Source: Lytechinus pictus
Taxonomy: Eukaryota
DNA length: 64,000 nucleotides
NCBI RefSeq assembly: GCF_037042905.1
Contig: NC_087250.1
Span: 26,290,001 to 26,354,000 of the forward strand
Reading direction: 5' to 3'
Both the position numbers and the translations under genes were made by a program. Below, in pieces: positions 1 through 17,329 of the stretch; position 1 is the first letter of the stretch, and every line of letters starts with the position of its first letter. Below the pieces are notes generated by a model. It saw nothing but the letters and a program-made list of their open reading frames with translations. It had not been told where the DNA came from and searched no databases.

Positions 1-405
1 CGATTGTTTTTTTACTGGGGTGCTAATGTAATTTTGACAAGCAAAAAAAAAAGGAGGTTTCACTGCAAAATATAAGTCATTTTCCTTTCATTTATCAAAT
101 TTGAACACCTGCCATATTTGAGTGGGTACTGCCAGTGGAGAATAATACGAAGGAAATCTTGGGGGTGCTTCATCTCCCCAGCACCCCCGCTTCCCAGGGT
201 CATGCGCAAAGCCTTGGTCTGGGTTTACTGTATGGCAAACAAAATTAACGCGAGGAAGCAACGAGAGTGACAGATCATGACAAAATTCTCCTTCTGGTAC
301 CTGGTATGGTTAAGTCTTATTTACCGTATGAAAATTACAAAACAAAATGAAAGTGTACAAAAGTGGATGATTGCTACAAAATGTGAACATAATGCCTATT
401 CTTAA

Positions 406-836
406 AGCCCCCATCACACTTATTCCGAATCAAGCAGAATTGGCCTGAATGAAAGGACTATTGTTTGACCACCAGTTGGTCGTTTAAATCTACTTCGAAC
501 ACCGTTCGAAAATATCCCTCGAATGTTTTAAACATGACCAAAACCTTCGGGACGGCCAAAAGAAATGACAAAAATATTTCGAATGCACTCAGAATGCAGT
601 CTGGATATTTAAAATGCCCCTAGAATGTCCAAGAACGTAGCACGAATTATCAATCTGACTCCACTGCGGTACATTTTGACTAGTGTATGATGATACACCT
701 GGTCAATTTACTGAATTTCAACTCCAGTTTGGTGAATTTATAAGTTCCTCCCAATTTTTTTTAGATTTTTTGAATATTTTGTTCTTTCCAGCTTCTGCTT
801 GATTCCTGCTGATTACGAATAAGTGTGATGGGGGCT
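406..836. mobile_element. Non-autonomous TIR element (MITE), PIF/Harbinger-like
   Basis: TIRs agcccccatcacacttattc ... gaataagtgtgatgggggct; flanks taa/aaa (imperfect TWA-type TSD); no ORF. Confidence 0.7.
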
Positions 837-1498
837 AAAAAAATACAATACTGAACGATGACGCTTCTCTTCGCCATTGATTTCATGGTTCTGTTCTTCC
901 TATAGAGGTTCTTTCAATATAACAGAATAAATAACATACGGATAAAATTCTCAATTTTAAATAAACCTGACAATGGTGCCGTGACCTGGAGACCTTGCTG
1001 TACAGTCCTATAGACGAAACCGACTCCAGAAAAAGGCATTGGGAAGCAGGGTTAGAGGGGGTGCTGAAGCGCCAAAATTTCCTTTGGGATGCTGCGTGCA
1101 TTATTTTTCATAGGCAACATCCCCGAGTATTCTGGAAGATGTGTCGAATTTGGAAAGGGTAATCAAAATGAAGTTCACTTTGCAGTGAAACTTCTTTTTT
1201 TTTTTTGGGGGGGGGGGTTGATATTACTCTGAACCGATTTGACCTCAATTTTGTAGTGAGAACCCTTTTCCCCCAATTTTTTTATGAACCAATTTGAAAT
1301 CCATGTAGTAGTAAGAAACCTTTTTTTTTTTTTTTTTTTTTTCATCAGCATCCCGAGTTAAAATATTATTCCCAGGGCCTTGCTTCAGACCGACCGAAAT
1401 TCTTTACGTAACATTTCCAAAGAGGGGACATTGGTCGGTGTCGGTTTGGAGTCCGTGTTGTCAGTATTGGGATTGTTTGTAACATTTTTATTAGTATC

Positions 1499-4170
<2,672 letters not shown>

Positions 4171-5425
4171 TGGCGTAGAAATGTCGGAAATGAAGTTGTA
4201 TCCCATGTACATGATTTAGGGCTAATCTTTTAGAAAGAAAGTAGAAATCTCGGGGGCGAAAGTTTCAGGTTTTTTGGTGGTACACGCAAAAGTATAGGAA
4301 GGAAGACCTGGCTTCGTATGAGAGTAACCTTACGTTAGTAAAAGATTTTTACTCTCTAGAAGCCTCCTGGCTAGGGAGCTCCAGGCCGGAGCTCCCTTGG
4401 TTAGCTCAGCTCTGGAGAAGCGATGCATGACAAAGCCGCCAAAGTAGTCAGACTTTCAACCACAATTGTGCAAAATTCAAGAAAATTTTATTCTTTATTT
4501 ATACCTTAGTTTGATATGATTTTTTTTAGTATAAATTAAAGTAACTCAACTGCACAAACAGCATCACTTAATAATGGGCAAGTTGCCTTTGAGGCTGTGT
4601 TGTTATTGCCTTGTTGGGTAAATTTAGTGAATGGGAAAACACTTCCTATAAACTGTGTCTAGTCATTGTTAATTGTTTGTAGATCCTGTCTATAATAATA
4701 GTGTTCGCATTTTTTTTTTCAAAATTTATTTATTCAGATCCAACTGGAGAAATGTTGGAACTAGATCTAGCCTCGGCTCGAGGACGAGGACTCTGTGATG
4801 ATATTTTTAAAATTTTGAGTTGACAGTGTCTTGTCATTATGGAGCCGGAGCACGCGCTAGGCTAGGGCAGGCCTGCGTAGGGTTGTGTCGGTGTGTGTCG
4901 AAGAAGTTGGTAAAATTGTCAATGATGAATGATGGAATCCCCTTCAATATCCACATCACTGCCAATTGGTTAGAATACACTGAATGGAATTAATTTAAAT
5001 TTTATACCTTTTTACCACCTAAACTAAAGCATATAAAAGGAATAACAAATATTATGTAGGGCCTAAATATAATGAAAACATGAAAAATTAGAGGTTTCTT
5101 ACCAGACCGATCTAGTGACTAGTGGCCATGGCAAAATTTTGCCATCCCTTGCTCACCCTGCGTAATACATAGGCTTGACTCAGTTTGTTTATATGATGTA
5201 GCTACAATACGATGATCTACGTTATGAAGCGCCATTCTATAAAACAATTCATTGAATTAATTATTTTAGCAAATGATATTATGAATTTACATTTTGGTTG
5301 GAAATACTATCATTTAATCTGGCAGATTTGAGAGATGTTGAATTATGTCCATTTATTTAAAAAAAAGTAATTTCATGTAGATCTACAGGTCTGTACTTTT
5401 TTTTATTTCCGCAGTAAATTTTCGA

Positions 5426-6226
5426 ATGGATGAAAACATCTTACAACATGCGCAGGCTGTCCTGAAGAATGAAGGACGATTGTTAGAGAGGTATGTTAAT
5501 TTTTTTTCTATATGGACTATTGTCTATTTTCTAAAAAAAAAATTGGTTTCATGATAAAGAAGCATGTATTTTGATCAATTTCAAACTTGGTTGACGTACA
5601 CATCTGACAGTTACTGAACTAATCTTAATTCTGTGTCACATGATCAATGGTCATAGAGTACTAGACCAAAGGCTTCAGTCTCTGTATTTTGGTTGTTCCG
5701 CTGAACTGCGTAAAGGATTATAGTGAAATGTCAGAAATTGTTAAGGAAATCCCCAGAAACGACGGTTATTCCTGTCTAATAGAGTACATGCCTAAATGTC
5801 AAAAATTTTGTAGATCCAGTTGATCAATTTAAATTTATGAGAATGACAATGTGATTAGGTTGGCAAAATAAGGAATTCATAAGTCAACTGACCAAATATG
5901 CAGATTTCTCAAAAGGTAGGCCAATAAATTTCGACAATATGCAGTAAAGGTAGTTAATACATAGTTGTTGTTTATTCAATGTTGTTTAAATATTTTCTTT
6001 TGCTTCTTACTCTATTCTAACTCACTAGGAATATGCCAACCAGAACTGCAATTAGGAGTCATTGACAGGAGGAACCTTTGTGACTTGTACGAGGATGAAG
6101 CTTTCAAGCACCACACGCTACCTTATCAACATGCTTGAAGATGATCTGAGCCTGAGGAGGGACAAAGGGCCTAGTGATCGACTACCTTTGTATCTGCAAA
6201 TATCGACAATTCTGCGTTTGTATGCG
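5426..6226 (+). pseudogene. Decayed, intron-containing PIF/Harbinger (HARBI1-like) transposase, N-terminal part
   Basis: Putative exon 5426-5490 (MDENILQHAQAVLKNEGRLLE, donor gtatgt) and exon 6029-6226 (acceptor cactag, donor gtaagt) giving, across frameshifts, IDRRNLCDLYEDEAF and TTRYLINMLEDDL...LPLYLQISTILRLYA, resembling the Harbinger transposase N-terminus that ends in QxxxALRFYA. Confidence 0.6.
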
Positions 6227-9200
6227 GTAAGTATTTCTTTTATAAGAAAGTTATGACATAAACATCTCAAGACAAGCCTAATAGTGTATGCAAATATTAA
6301 TGATGTTGCTGTATAAAGAACTCAATGTAAAAAGTGATAATAAATTTTGGCAACTGCCTGTTTTTAATTCACAATGAACTGAGCCTATGATTATTATTTT
6401 ATATTTTTGAAAAAAATAGAAAATACAATCAGAAATGTAAATTCGAACTAGAAGTTTTGTCATCCATTGTCGACAGATTCTTCCAAAATCCATACTTTAC
6501 ATTTAGGTTGTATAATTATCTTGGTTATTTTAAAAAAGTATTGTATCTGCTTTGCTCAATGTATGTTTGTCACACAATTGTTTATGGGGTTGGGAAAATG
6601 ATTCAGCCCCCCCCCCCCCCCATATGATCTCGGCCGTCAATCACGCTATCGCAACGAAAATTGGCACGCACGTTACCCATGGCATAATCTACAAAATTAT
6701 GAGATCAACTTCTGAGAAAATCTCATTGCTAATTAATGCGTAAAATCAACAGTTTGCTCTAATTAACTAAATAATGACCCTAAAATGCTAAATATTGTTT
6801 CACAGACTCGTTATATGAATCTGATCACATTTATTGTAAAAAATCAACATCACATTTATTTTCGTATATATTTTATTATTATTCTAAATTTAAATGCATT
6901 TTTTAGTTTTTCGACTTTTTGTTTTTTATTGTTACCATAGACAATATGAAATTAATTGATTTTAAGCAGTGAAAGGAAATATAATGATACATTCATGAAT
7001 TTCGGCTCAAAACACTATTTGCATTGGATTTGTACACAAATTCATGTTTTCGAGCAATTTTGTGTCTGCATGCACTGAGAAAATGTTGCGTAATTTTGGA
7101 CACGCACCCGGGGGTTGCAATTTTGGTGTCAAAAGTTGCGCGAGACTTGAAAGTAAAAAAAATCAGCGAACGACGCGGTCAAAAAATTTTGCGCGGCAGA
7201 TTTATCACAAAAAATGTCAAGGAGGGACCCCAGTTTTATTAGGGCTAAGTCAGAACATGTGTCTAATCAAAGGAATTAAATCTATTAAATTTCTTCCCAG
7301 CATTCATTTGGCGCACAATCTGTTTGGTTTATTTTTTTTATTCCGTCTTTCAAATCGGAAGAGACCAATTATTTTGTACTGCAATAGAATTCCTAGATAT
7401 TTTATGTACAAATACAAAGAATAATTTATTTTAAAATTGATATAATGATTTTGTGGTTATAACAATGATTGGGACGAAATAGATGAAAATGATGTATAAA
7501 ACAAGAAATCAGAAAAACTACAGAGAATTTTCATTTTGAAGATGCTTTTATTTCAAGTAAATTTGTTCAATATAGTACAACTACAAAAAAGTAAGTTGCC
7601 CACAATACACATTCAAAGTAACAAGTAAAACGTCTTGTTTTCAACGGCCAGGCAATATCAGCACATTCAGTAAAAAGGGTATAACAGTTTCATGGGAAGG
7701 GTAGAAGCTTCACATTTTCATTACGATACAACATTTGAGACATCATTTAGTTTAGGGAATAAACATTATAGAATATTTATTTAGGGTACTGTAAGATGGG
7801 CAAATTAAGAGGGAAATTCTGGGGAAGTCTGTGCTCGAGCATGATGTCTAACTGCTAATAACAGTGACCCCAACACATTTTCTCGTGTTTTCTGACACCC
7901 CTGGCCTTTCATACAAATAACCATCATTTCATCTAATAAGAGTTTAGAGCCTAGTAGATTCTCCATTACTCCATGGATACTAAGACTGATCTGATGGTCC
8001 GTGATCCTATTTTGAGTTCTCTTTGCTCATATCATAAACTTCTAGGATTCTTTCTCGTATATTCTGACACTCCTCGCCCTCCATACAAATAACCATCATG
8101 ACATCTAACAGTTCAGATCCTAGGAGATACTCCATGGATACTATGACTGATCCAATTGTCCATGATCTTATCATAAATTATCTTTGTTTGTACCATAAAT
8201 AATTATAATTCTTTATCCCATATTTTTTCACTGGTTGCCATTAAAAACCCTCTGAATTTATCTACTCCATTGGCCGATCATGGAAAATATATATATGAAT
8301 GTATACTAATTTCAACTGTCCCCAACCCCTCGATTCCTACGCTCCCTCTGGCGTAAATTATTGTTTCACTCCTATTGCAGGAGAGGGGGGGGGGGGGGAG
8401 GGATTAGGAATAGTGTTATATCGAAAACTTGCAAACAGTGTACCGGACATGTAAAAACATAGCAGACGACGTTTGCAGACCTCGCGATCATCGTATGACT
8501 AGTGGTGCAAAATGTTCCATTGCGGCTTTATGGGGGAAATAGCATTACGGAGGGATAAAATGTATAAACAAATAATGTTTCAGCGTAGTTTTTTGTGTCA
8601 ATTTCATAAATTATCGTTGTTTGAACATTTAAAACGTCATTATAAAGTAAAAGGAATAAGCAAAACTTAATTTCCAGACTTACCTATGCAGTGGTAAGCT
8701 AGGATGCACCCCTCGTATACATAATTGACCCGTCACAATATCCAGAGACATATCCAACTTTCACAGAATAAAATTGATTTTTGTTGGCAAAAATAATGGT
8801 ATCTGATATATTCATATCCATAGTTCGGACTGACAAGGTATATATATTTATATATTCCTAATAAAATGTTCAGCACTGCAATGGAAAGAGCTAGAAAACC
8901 GCTGTGACTCGAACAACACACCGACGAACACAAAAGCTCTGTCCAGCCCTATATGTTAAATGAACGTCGAGTGTAGGTTTGCTCTTCAGACATCACTATC
9001 ACAAAGAAAATATCCTCTGATTTGATGATAAAAGTGCCCTATTTCCTTATTAACTAATCTCCATGGCTTATTCATGAGTATTTGCCTTACAATGTGCCCT
9101 TTATTATGATCTGGGCGAAAATTCTTGATATTATCACCTACCGATGTGACGACGGATGTAATCCACCCGGGTACTATAAAAATGTCCCCCTAACCATTAT

Positions 9201-10096
9201 TCCAATACATATTCCTGACTATGGATGGTTTTGAGTGACTTTAATGTAATATTTCCCACCAACTGAATGTAAAAAAAATTATGGTCATATGATAGAAGAA
9301 GTTGTTAACATTCATTTTAGGGGGGCGGAAATTCTATCTGAATCAAAGATTGTCCTTGATACACATTTGTTTGTGAAAAAAAGGGTATGATGCAAGGGAA
9401 TTATGCGTGTTATAAGGGTGTGCGCGTGCAGCGAGGACCGTCTGTCCGCTAGTTTTCCATATGGCGGCCATCATTTCGACCTGAAGAGCATGCCGTCATG
9501 AATTCACGCCCGTGAAAAGAGATTAAAAGGTTTCCTACATACGTATATTCAGTGGTTAGGTATGATACTTATACATTTATATTTATTTGTTTTAACTACC
9601 GCCCTCATCTTATCAGTTGAGAAAATATTGACACTGAATCGCGCGAGCAAGTATTAATTTGTTAATTAATTACATATACATTTACCTCAGGTGCCAATAA
9701 AAAGAAGAAAAAAAGTTTGTATGATAGCATCTTTTTGCTGGACTATCACCTTTTATTGGCAGAACTAATTGAAAAAACTTAATTTTCAATGTTATCATGG
9801 TATTTGAAATTCCGGCAACAGTTGCTTACATCATGAACATAACAATTATTTATTAAATTGGGGGCCTGCTTTCTACCGCCCACCCCCTTCCCGACAGTGG
9901 CAAACCTAGGGGGGGGGGGTGAGATCCACCCCCCTCCCCCCCCCCCCCAAAAAAAAAAAGAAATAGAGAGAAGGGGGATCAAAGTACAACATTCCCTTCC
10001 CTGCTGCCGAGGGTAGGTCAATCAGAGGAGGATCCAAGAGGGGAGGGGGTTCCTAGCTCAAATTGGCCAGACCAACTGGTCAAATCACCGTCTTAA

Positions 10097-10669
10097 AGGG
10101 GAATCCAACCCAAATGAAACCTTTTTTTTATAAGGAAAATAAAAATCAGGCAAGTTGATAGGCGAAAGTTTGAACAATATTGGACAAACAACTAGAGATT
10201 TATGAATTTTTAAAAGTAATATTGGTTATCACTTTACCCATGAAGACTTCAAATTGGCCGCATATGGGATCATACTGATGTAAGGCAAGGACTGCTCTTC
10301 CATGTACTTCAATACATATTATGGCTAAAATTGCATTTTCCCCCAAAGTTTTATATCAAATTATATTTTTCTTTCATGAGGACATAAAACAGTACACTAC
10401 ATGTACCTGGGTTATATTTAGATTACTGCCCTAGTGGAATGGGTACTTAGGAGAAACCCACAAATCCCTGATTATTAGGTACATGGTCTATGGGAAAGTT
10501 GTCTATGCCCCTCGTCATAATTTGCTTATTAAATTTGAAATGTACATAGTGATCTCAATTTTTAAGCAGTTATTGCTTGTCCGATATTTTTTTCAAACTT
10601 TCACCAGTCTGTTTAATTTATTTTTCTCCTTCCCAACACAACATTTTATGGCCAAGGCTGGATTCCCCT
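10097..10669. mobile_element. MITE, Kolobok-like
   Basis: TIR aggggaatcca ... tggattcccct; flanks ttaa / ttac. Confidence 0.65.
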
Positions 10670-10674
10670 TTACT

Positions 10675-10705
<31 letters not shown>

Positions 10706-10772
10706 CAGTCAACCCCCCCCCTCCTCCCTCCCATTCCCTTTTCTCTCTCCTCCATTCTCTCGTGTACACAAT

Positions 10773-12073
10773 CAGTGGCGTACCGTGGGTCATGGCATTG
10801 GGGGGGCACCAGCAAAAATGTTGAGTCACTTAGTGAGCGCGCAAAGCGCGCTCATTTGCCAGGTATACTGACCTAATAGAGACATTTTAAGGACGGTGCC
10901 ATTAAACGGATATGTATCTCACTTATCAAATAATGCGAGCGCGAAGCGCGAGCTGAAAATTTTTGATATTCAGACCTAAGAAAGGATATAAGCAAAGTTT
11001 TGTAATCATGATACGTCCCTCTCTCACAAAACAAACAATGCGAGCGCGAAGCGCGAGCTGAATTTTTTTGTATATATTAACCCGAAAAAGGGAAATTTTA
11101 AGGACTGTTTTAGGGAATTCATAAAGAGCATACATATCTAACCATAGTCATCTAATGCGAGCGCCATGCAAGTGCTTGCTGATTTTGTTAGATTTACACA
11201 TAACCCATGAAACACCTTTTGTAGTCATTGTAATCATGAACATGATACACATCTGACTAATCAAATATTGCGAGCGCGAAGCGCGAGCTGAAAATTTTTG
11301 AAATTCAGACCTGAAGAGGGGCATTCTAAGGCTTGTTTGTAGGAATTCACGAAGACCATACATATTTCACTAACCAAATTATGCGAGCGTGAAGCGCGAG
11401 CTGAAATTTTTTTTTATATGAAGAGCAGACATCTCGCCAGTCCACTAATGCGAACGCAAACACGGACAGGAATTTTTTTATATTCAGACTTTAAAAGGGG
11501 GCAATCATGAAATAATCATTAAAAAAAGCATATGTTACTACATAAAACAATAAATACTCGAAGTGCGAGAAATTATATTTGGTGTATATTGACTTGAAAA
11601 CGGGATGTTTTAGTACAACAGGATTATGTATATAAATTAATATATCTCATTACTAAGACAATGCAAGCACCAGAAGTTATGAACACATTAGCCTTCCGTA
11701 CGCCCTAAGCCAATTATGTTTAATAAATTTATGAAAAAAATATTTATGTAATATGATGTGATATAATATGATATAATGTAATATAACATAACATAATATA
11801 ATATAATATAACATAATATAATATAATATAATATAATATAATATAATATAATATAATATAATATAATATAATATAATATAATATAATATAATGTAATGTA
11901 ATATAATATAATATAATATAATATATAAAATACAATAATTTCTTCTACCCCACTACGTTTCTCTTTCTTTCTCCTTCCTTTTCTCCTTTTCCCCCTTTTT
12001 TTTTTTTTTTTTTTTTTTTTGGCCAGCCGATTGGGTGGTCCCCCCATGCCCCCCCCCCGTAGTTACGCCACTG
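10773..12073. mobile_element. Non-autonomous hAT-like element
   Basis: TIR cagtggcgta ... tacgccactg; exact 8-bp TSD tacacaat on both sides; internal repeats of tgcgagcgcgaagcgcgagctgaa and an (ATAAT)n tract. Confidence 0.9.
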
Positions 12074-14326
12074 TACACAATCATGACCATCTTGATGTCC
12101 TGTTGTTTGTGTTAATCTTTCTCCCTTTCTTTCCTTTCTCTCCTTCTTCTACTTTTTCTTCTACTTCTTCTCCCCCTTTGTCGTCTTATTCTTCTTCTCC
12201 TCCTCCTACTTCATCGTCTTCTTTATGTTCAACTCCTCCTCCTCCTTCTTCTTCGTTTCCATCTCCTTCTTTTAATCTCAACTTTCTTCTCCTTATTGCC
12301 ATCTTTCTTTATTTTTTTTCATCTTTATTCCATTCGTCGACCATAGCTTAACTGAAGTTCAAACTGAATGACTTGCTGATTAAAAAATTGAAGCTACATA
12401 TAAATCTTTGTTGTATTTTTTTATTGTTAGATGCTGAGGATGCTATGGGATGAACATTTCATACATTCTAGCAATTTGTAAATCTTCTACACCAGAATGA
12501 GTTACTTGTTAAACTATGCTACGAAAAAAAATCTACGATCGATCCAGGTTCGTTAATAATCAGTGATAATAGGGACACTGTCAATGAATGGGCATGCATG
12601 CCGATATAATAATAGTCTAATAACATATCCGTTTTTTTGTTTGACATTTAATTTCGTTTATGCTGACAAAATTTCTTGATTATAAAAATACATGATTATT
12701 TGTGCATTAAAAATCACCCTCCTTATCACCACGATGATGACCTCAAAATACATCCTGCAAAGATTCCGATTAATTGATAACATTTTATTTGGTGTTAATA
12801 TTAGTGTGTATTCGTGTGTATTCATATGATTGACAAACTTATCTCGATAAGTAAATGTACTTAATTACCATAATCAGTGTAATAACGTTCCCTTTCTACT
12901 TACACATGACTATTTTCTGCTCGCAAGTTAAAATCATTTCGTCATGATTAAAGTTCATACATCCACTAACTTTTTTCTATTCAACAGCAAGTGTTAGTAA
13001 TATACAACAAAACATAATGAAAATATATTTTATTAATCACAAAACGTATACTTTCTACTCATTTTGCAATATACGCTTAAAATTATATGCCATTACATCA
13101 TAATAATTTTTTACATTAAGTCATAATAGAAATGTGCACTATTTACATGAGTTTTTCTAGTTTTATGAAGCGAATTGTAATCAGCTGTATAAAAGCAAAC
13201 AACAAATATTGAGCAAAAAAGAAAAACAATATCGGATTGTCAAGAGTTTCATTTGACAGTTCGCATAGTAACATCGCTTCTCAGGCAATCACAAACAAGA
13301 AAAGTCGTTAGATCTGACACATCGCCGAAAGAAAATGTTGATATATAGCACTTTCTCCCGTTCCATTTTTTATGTTTTTAGGAACAAATTTCGAATAACC
13401 TATGTGAATCCCTTATGATCAGAAGAAAACAATCGTTTTCATCTTTAGAAAATTCACTTTAGCTAATGCCTCTGGCATAGTCTTCCTGTTTACACACTAA
13501 ACACAATTTAAAATGGAAACGAAATAAACAAATGAATTGAATTGAATTAAATATTATATCAACATGAAACCTCGAGCAAAAGCTACATTATGTGCAGTTA
13601 TTTGACACATTTTCTAGTTCTGTCTGATATATATTCTTGTTATATTTATTTACAGCACATTACGATCAACCAGTATCGGATGTTTTTATTTTTATGTTTA
13701 TAATGAAATTAATTTGACTTGATTTCATGATGTTGATAAACAGCACTGAACGTAGTAGGCGCAAACACATTATTACAGTACGTCAATACAAATAACTAAA
13801 AAAATAAAAATAAAAAATGTTTCAACTCCATATGATACTTTAGATTCCCTAGTCACGTAGCCAATGTGTAAGATGAATAACCCGATCAATGTTAGGAGAA
13901 TAACATCGAATGAAATTGAATGAAATGTCGTTTAGTAAATGATCGGGTTAAGTTCAGACAAGTAAATTATTAACACGTTCAATGCTGAATTCAGCCATTC
14001 TAAAAGACTTTCTGCAATAACCATCTGGTTAAAGTAAGAAATTCGTGAACACATTTGTATTTATTTTGTTCAGGTTACGAGTAAACTATTCATTTTGGAT
14101 CGGAAGACATTCACTACAGACCTAAATCGAGACGGATGAATATTAGCAACAACTTCCTATATGGATTGATACAACATTACACACCATGACCATGTGTATA
14201 TGAATGTAGTCACGTACATACTAGCTAGAAGGATGTAAATTTTAAATGGAAGCAAAAGTGAAAACAAATCTCTGGTCTTTATTTCTCTTAAAAATCCGAT
14301 TTCATTCCTTTGAAAGTCTAGATGAT

Positions 14327-15879
14327 TTACAAGATAAATTTATTCTTGTAAATAATAAGTTTGTCTTTATCACATCCTACAATGTTACCAGAAGGAGTAA
14401 CGAGACAAGGGCTGATGTAGCGAGGGCTATCTGATTTCACGTATTCCACGATCCTCCTTGCCTGGATTATACCATCACGTGACACCTGGTCAACTGCGTA
14501 GGTCTTACGCGCTCTATCCCGGTGCGTGACGTAGAGTGTGTCTGTCAGTTTGTCAACTCGACACTCGGACCAGTCCCACTCATCACAGTGTATGACAGCC
14601 TTCACTTCTCCTGATCGTGAGATGACAGTGTATTTATTATTATCTGTACTCACAACGATATCACCTGACGACAAGGCTTGTATCTCACCCACCACCTTCT
14701 TACCCTGCATCGTAATAGTGTTTACTCTCTTACCATTAGCAGGATTGATGACGTAGATATTAGACTGAGCTAACTGAGCAGCGATGATCATCCCATCCCT
14801 GTCAACATCAACACACACACTCTCCTCTCCAATCATCGGTTTGCTGATGTCTCTAATCACCTTCCATTGTCTGTCATAGAGAGTGACGATTCCATAAAAC
14901 GTGGAACTCTCGTCATGATACCTCTGAATACCACATACTATTCTGTTACTGTCTATCGGCGCACATGATGCAATGCACGTGTTACTATTTCCAACCATTA
15001 CTTTATTTGTATCATGAGTACTGATGTTTGCAACATACCAGTCATTGCTACCTTCGTCTTGCACACATATCTCATTATCACTGACCAAATCACACACAGA
15101 TTGGGGATTAACAACCAATGAACCAATTTCGATTGACTTGGCAAGTTCCCATTTACCGATATACCCACCAATTCTACCATAGTATTCTCCACCTACTTCC
15201 CCCTCTACAAACTTCACTCTCTCAACTTCACTCTCTATTCGGTCAAGACAGTCGCTAACATCTTGATGAACATTCAAACTTAAATGTTCATCAATAGATG
15301 CAAGTACTTGAGGAGCTTCATCATGTTGGTTTATACGTGTGATGGTTGATTCAATATCCTTCATTGCATTCTGAATCTTACTATTAAGATCGCTTATCTT
15401 CTCTGAAACTCTTTTGCTAATTTTATCTGTGTCTGATAAGCATGATGACAATTTTGTTATTTTGTCTTGTAAAAATGTCCGTTCCAATTTCATCTTGACA
15501 TTATGATGTTCAATCTGTTTTTGTCGCATTTCATTTATACCTTGTATTTTCTTATCTGCCTCCTCGTTTATATCACGAATACATTTCTCATGTTCCAGTG
15601 TTATTAAATCTAACTTTAATTGAGTACCTTTCAATGCGTATTCTATACTACCTTTAATCGTTTCAAGATGCTTAATTGATGAATTTGAAACGGCATCTAT
15701 CTTGCGTCTTTGTTTTGTGTCCTCTAACATGACCCGTTTCTCCTTCAGCTTCTTCCTTATCTCATCTAGCTCAGGTTGTTTGTGGTCGTTGCCTTCGGTA
15801 GTGTTCGGGCTATTAGAAGACATTTTGACATTGCGTTGCTCCCCTGTTACATCTGTTTCAGGTTGGGACACAGAGCAAC
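14327..15879 (-). CDS. Intact terminal coding exon: coiled-coil followed by NHL-like beta-propeller (TRIM-NHL-like C-terminal region)
   Basis: 514-codon stop-free ORF; helical K/E/L-rich N-half, then beta-strand repeats (VCVDVDRDGMIIAAQ, IQALSSGDIVVS, CLVTPSGNIVG). Splice acceptor ...acgatatag|GTTGCTCT at 15879, phase 1, so the ORF-track start is not the true start. Confidence 0.85.
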
Positions 15880-15974
15880 CTATATCGTAAATAATGATTA
15901 AAAATTTTTCAATTATGAATGGTTAAGTTTTTGTAGTGTTATATTTGATGATAATGATAATAATGACCCTTTTA

Positions 15975-16115
15975 CCCATACTGGGCTGCACTCAACCCAG
16001 GTGAGGTAAGTGGGTACCAACAGGAAGTAATTCCTCAAAAAGCTGACAGCACCGAAATCGTTAGACTAGCTTAGCAGAGTGTAGGAGGAGAGCTTAATAA
16101 GGTTGATACGCGCTT
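15975..16115 (+). mobile_element. SINE fragment (same family as about 39060-39260 and 43490-43675, both on the minus strand)
   Basis: Shared motif gctgcactcaacccaggtgaggt..tgggtacc recurs three times in the window. Confidence 0.6.
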
Positions 16116-16356
16116 TATACCATGTATACAGTGCGTCCCAGGAAAAAAAACTGGAATTCATTTTAATTTTTGCCATCATCATTATATATTTTCTTCTTGA
16201 GATGAACATCATTAAAAAGATACGCTATCCCTCTTCCATTTTAAAGCTCATATCAACGTTATAGTGCTAGCTTGACTGAGTTAGAACAAAGTGGTGCTAG
16301 CAAATTTCATTATGCACGAGCAAATTACGAATTGAGATGACCTTTGCTGGCTTTTA

Positions 16357-16552
16357 CACTCTTAAAAATGTTGGGCAACATACGGTCCACACAACAATTG
16401 GTTAAAACTTTATCCAATTCTGGGTAGTTTTACACCAATACTGTGTAGTTTTCACCCAAAGCACACATTATTGGTGTAAAACTACCCAGAATTGGATAAA
16501 GTTTTAACCAATTGTTGTGTGGACCGTATGTTGCCCAACATTTTTAAGAGTG
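16357..16552. mobile_element. Palindromic MITE, CAC termini with TA TSD (EnSpm/CMC-like or Tc1/mariner-like)
   Basis: ta|cactcttaaaaatgttgggcaac...gttgcccaacatttttaagagtg|ta; long inverted arms; second copy at 58981-59176. Confidence 0.85.
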
Positions 16553-17329
16553 TACTGCTATGTAATTGGAAAAATAAAAGTTCTCATCGTTTATATTAAT
16601 CTTTCATCTTTCATATGAGACCCTGTGCATGAAATATGATCGACGCATTGTCGAAAAAAAGATGCATGAAAACATGTTTGATTTTTTCCATTTCATCTAT
16701 TAAGAAAACGAGCATTTTCAACAAGCGACAGACAACGCAACGGGCTACGGGTAAATGCACGGTGAATGTGATTTTATTGCTAGCTTGAAAGTGATGTTTG
16801 AATTCTTTTTGTAAAACTTGTAAAAATATGCTTCATATGACAAGACGAGTTAGGGTGGTGTGGAATATTGGAAAGGGGGGCGGGGGAAGGGGTGACTCAC
16901 TTAAAGGAAACCAAGAAAATGAGTTACTCCCCTTCAATTGTAAAAAGTGATGTACCCCTTTTCTGCTGCGCCCTACCCCTTTCAAACATATTCTGCCGCC
17001 ATGTGATGTGGAGCAACGAATGAGACGAATGAGAAAAGTTTGAGATAAAACTTATCGTAATTATTACAATTGTATTATTGAATTATCGTAACCATATACT
17101 CCAGTCCGCAACAATAACAGGGGCCGCGGAACGGTTTTCAAGGGGGGGGGGGGTGGCTGAGTGGCTGACCATGCAACAAATCACAATCATATGGTCGTTT
17201 TTTGTGCACTTATTATTGAAATAGATAGCAGTTAAAACCAGCAAAAACTCACTCAAAAATCATAATTTTGTCGTGCAAATGGAAATTTGGTACCACGACG
17301 TTTCGGTTTACTGACGGATGGACTATTGT

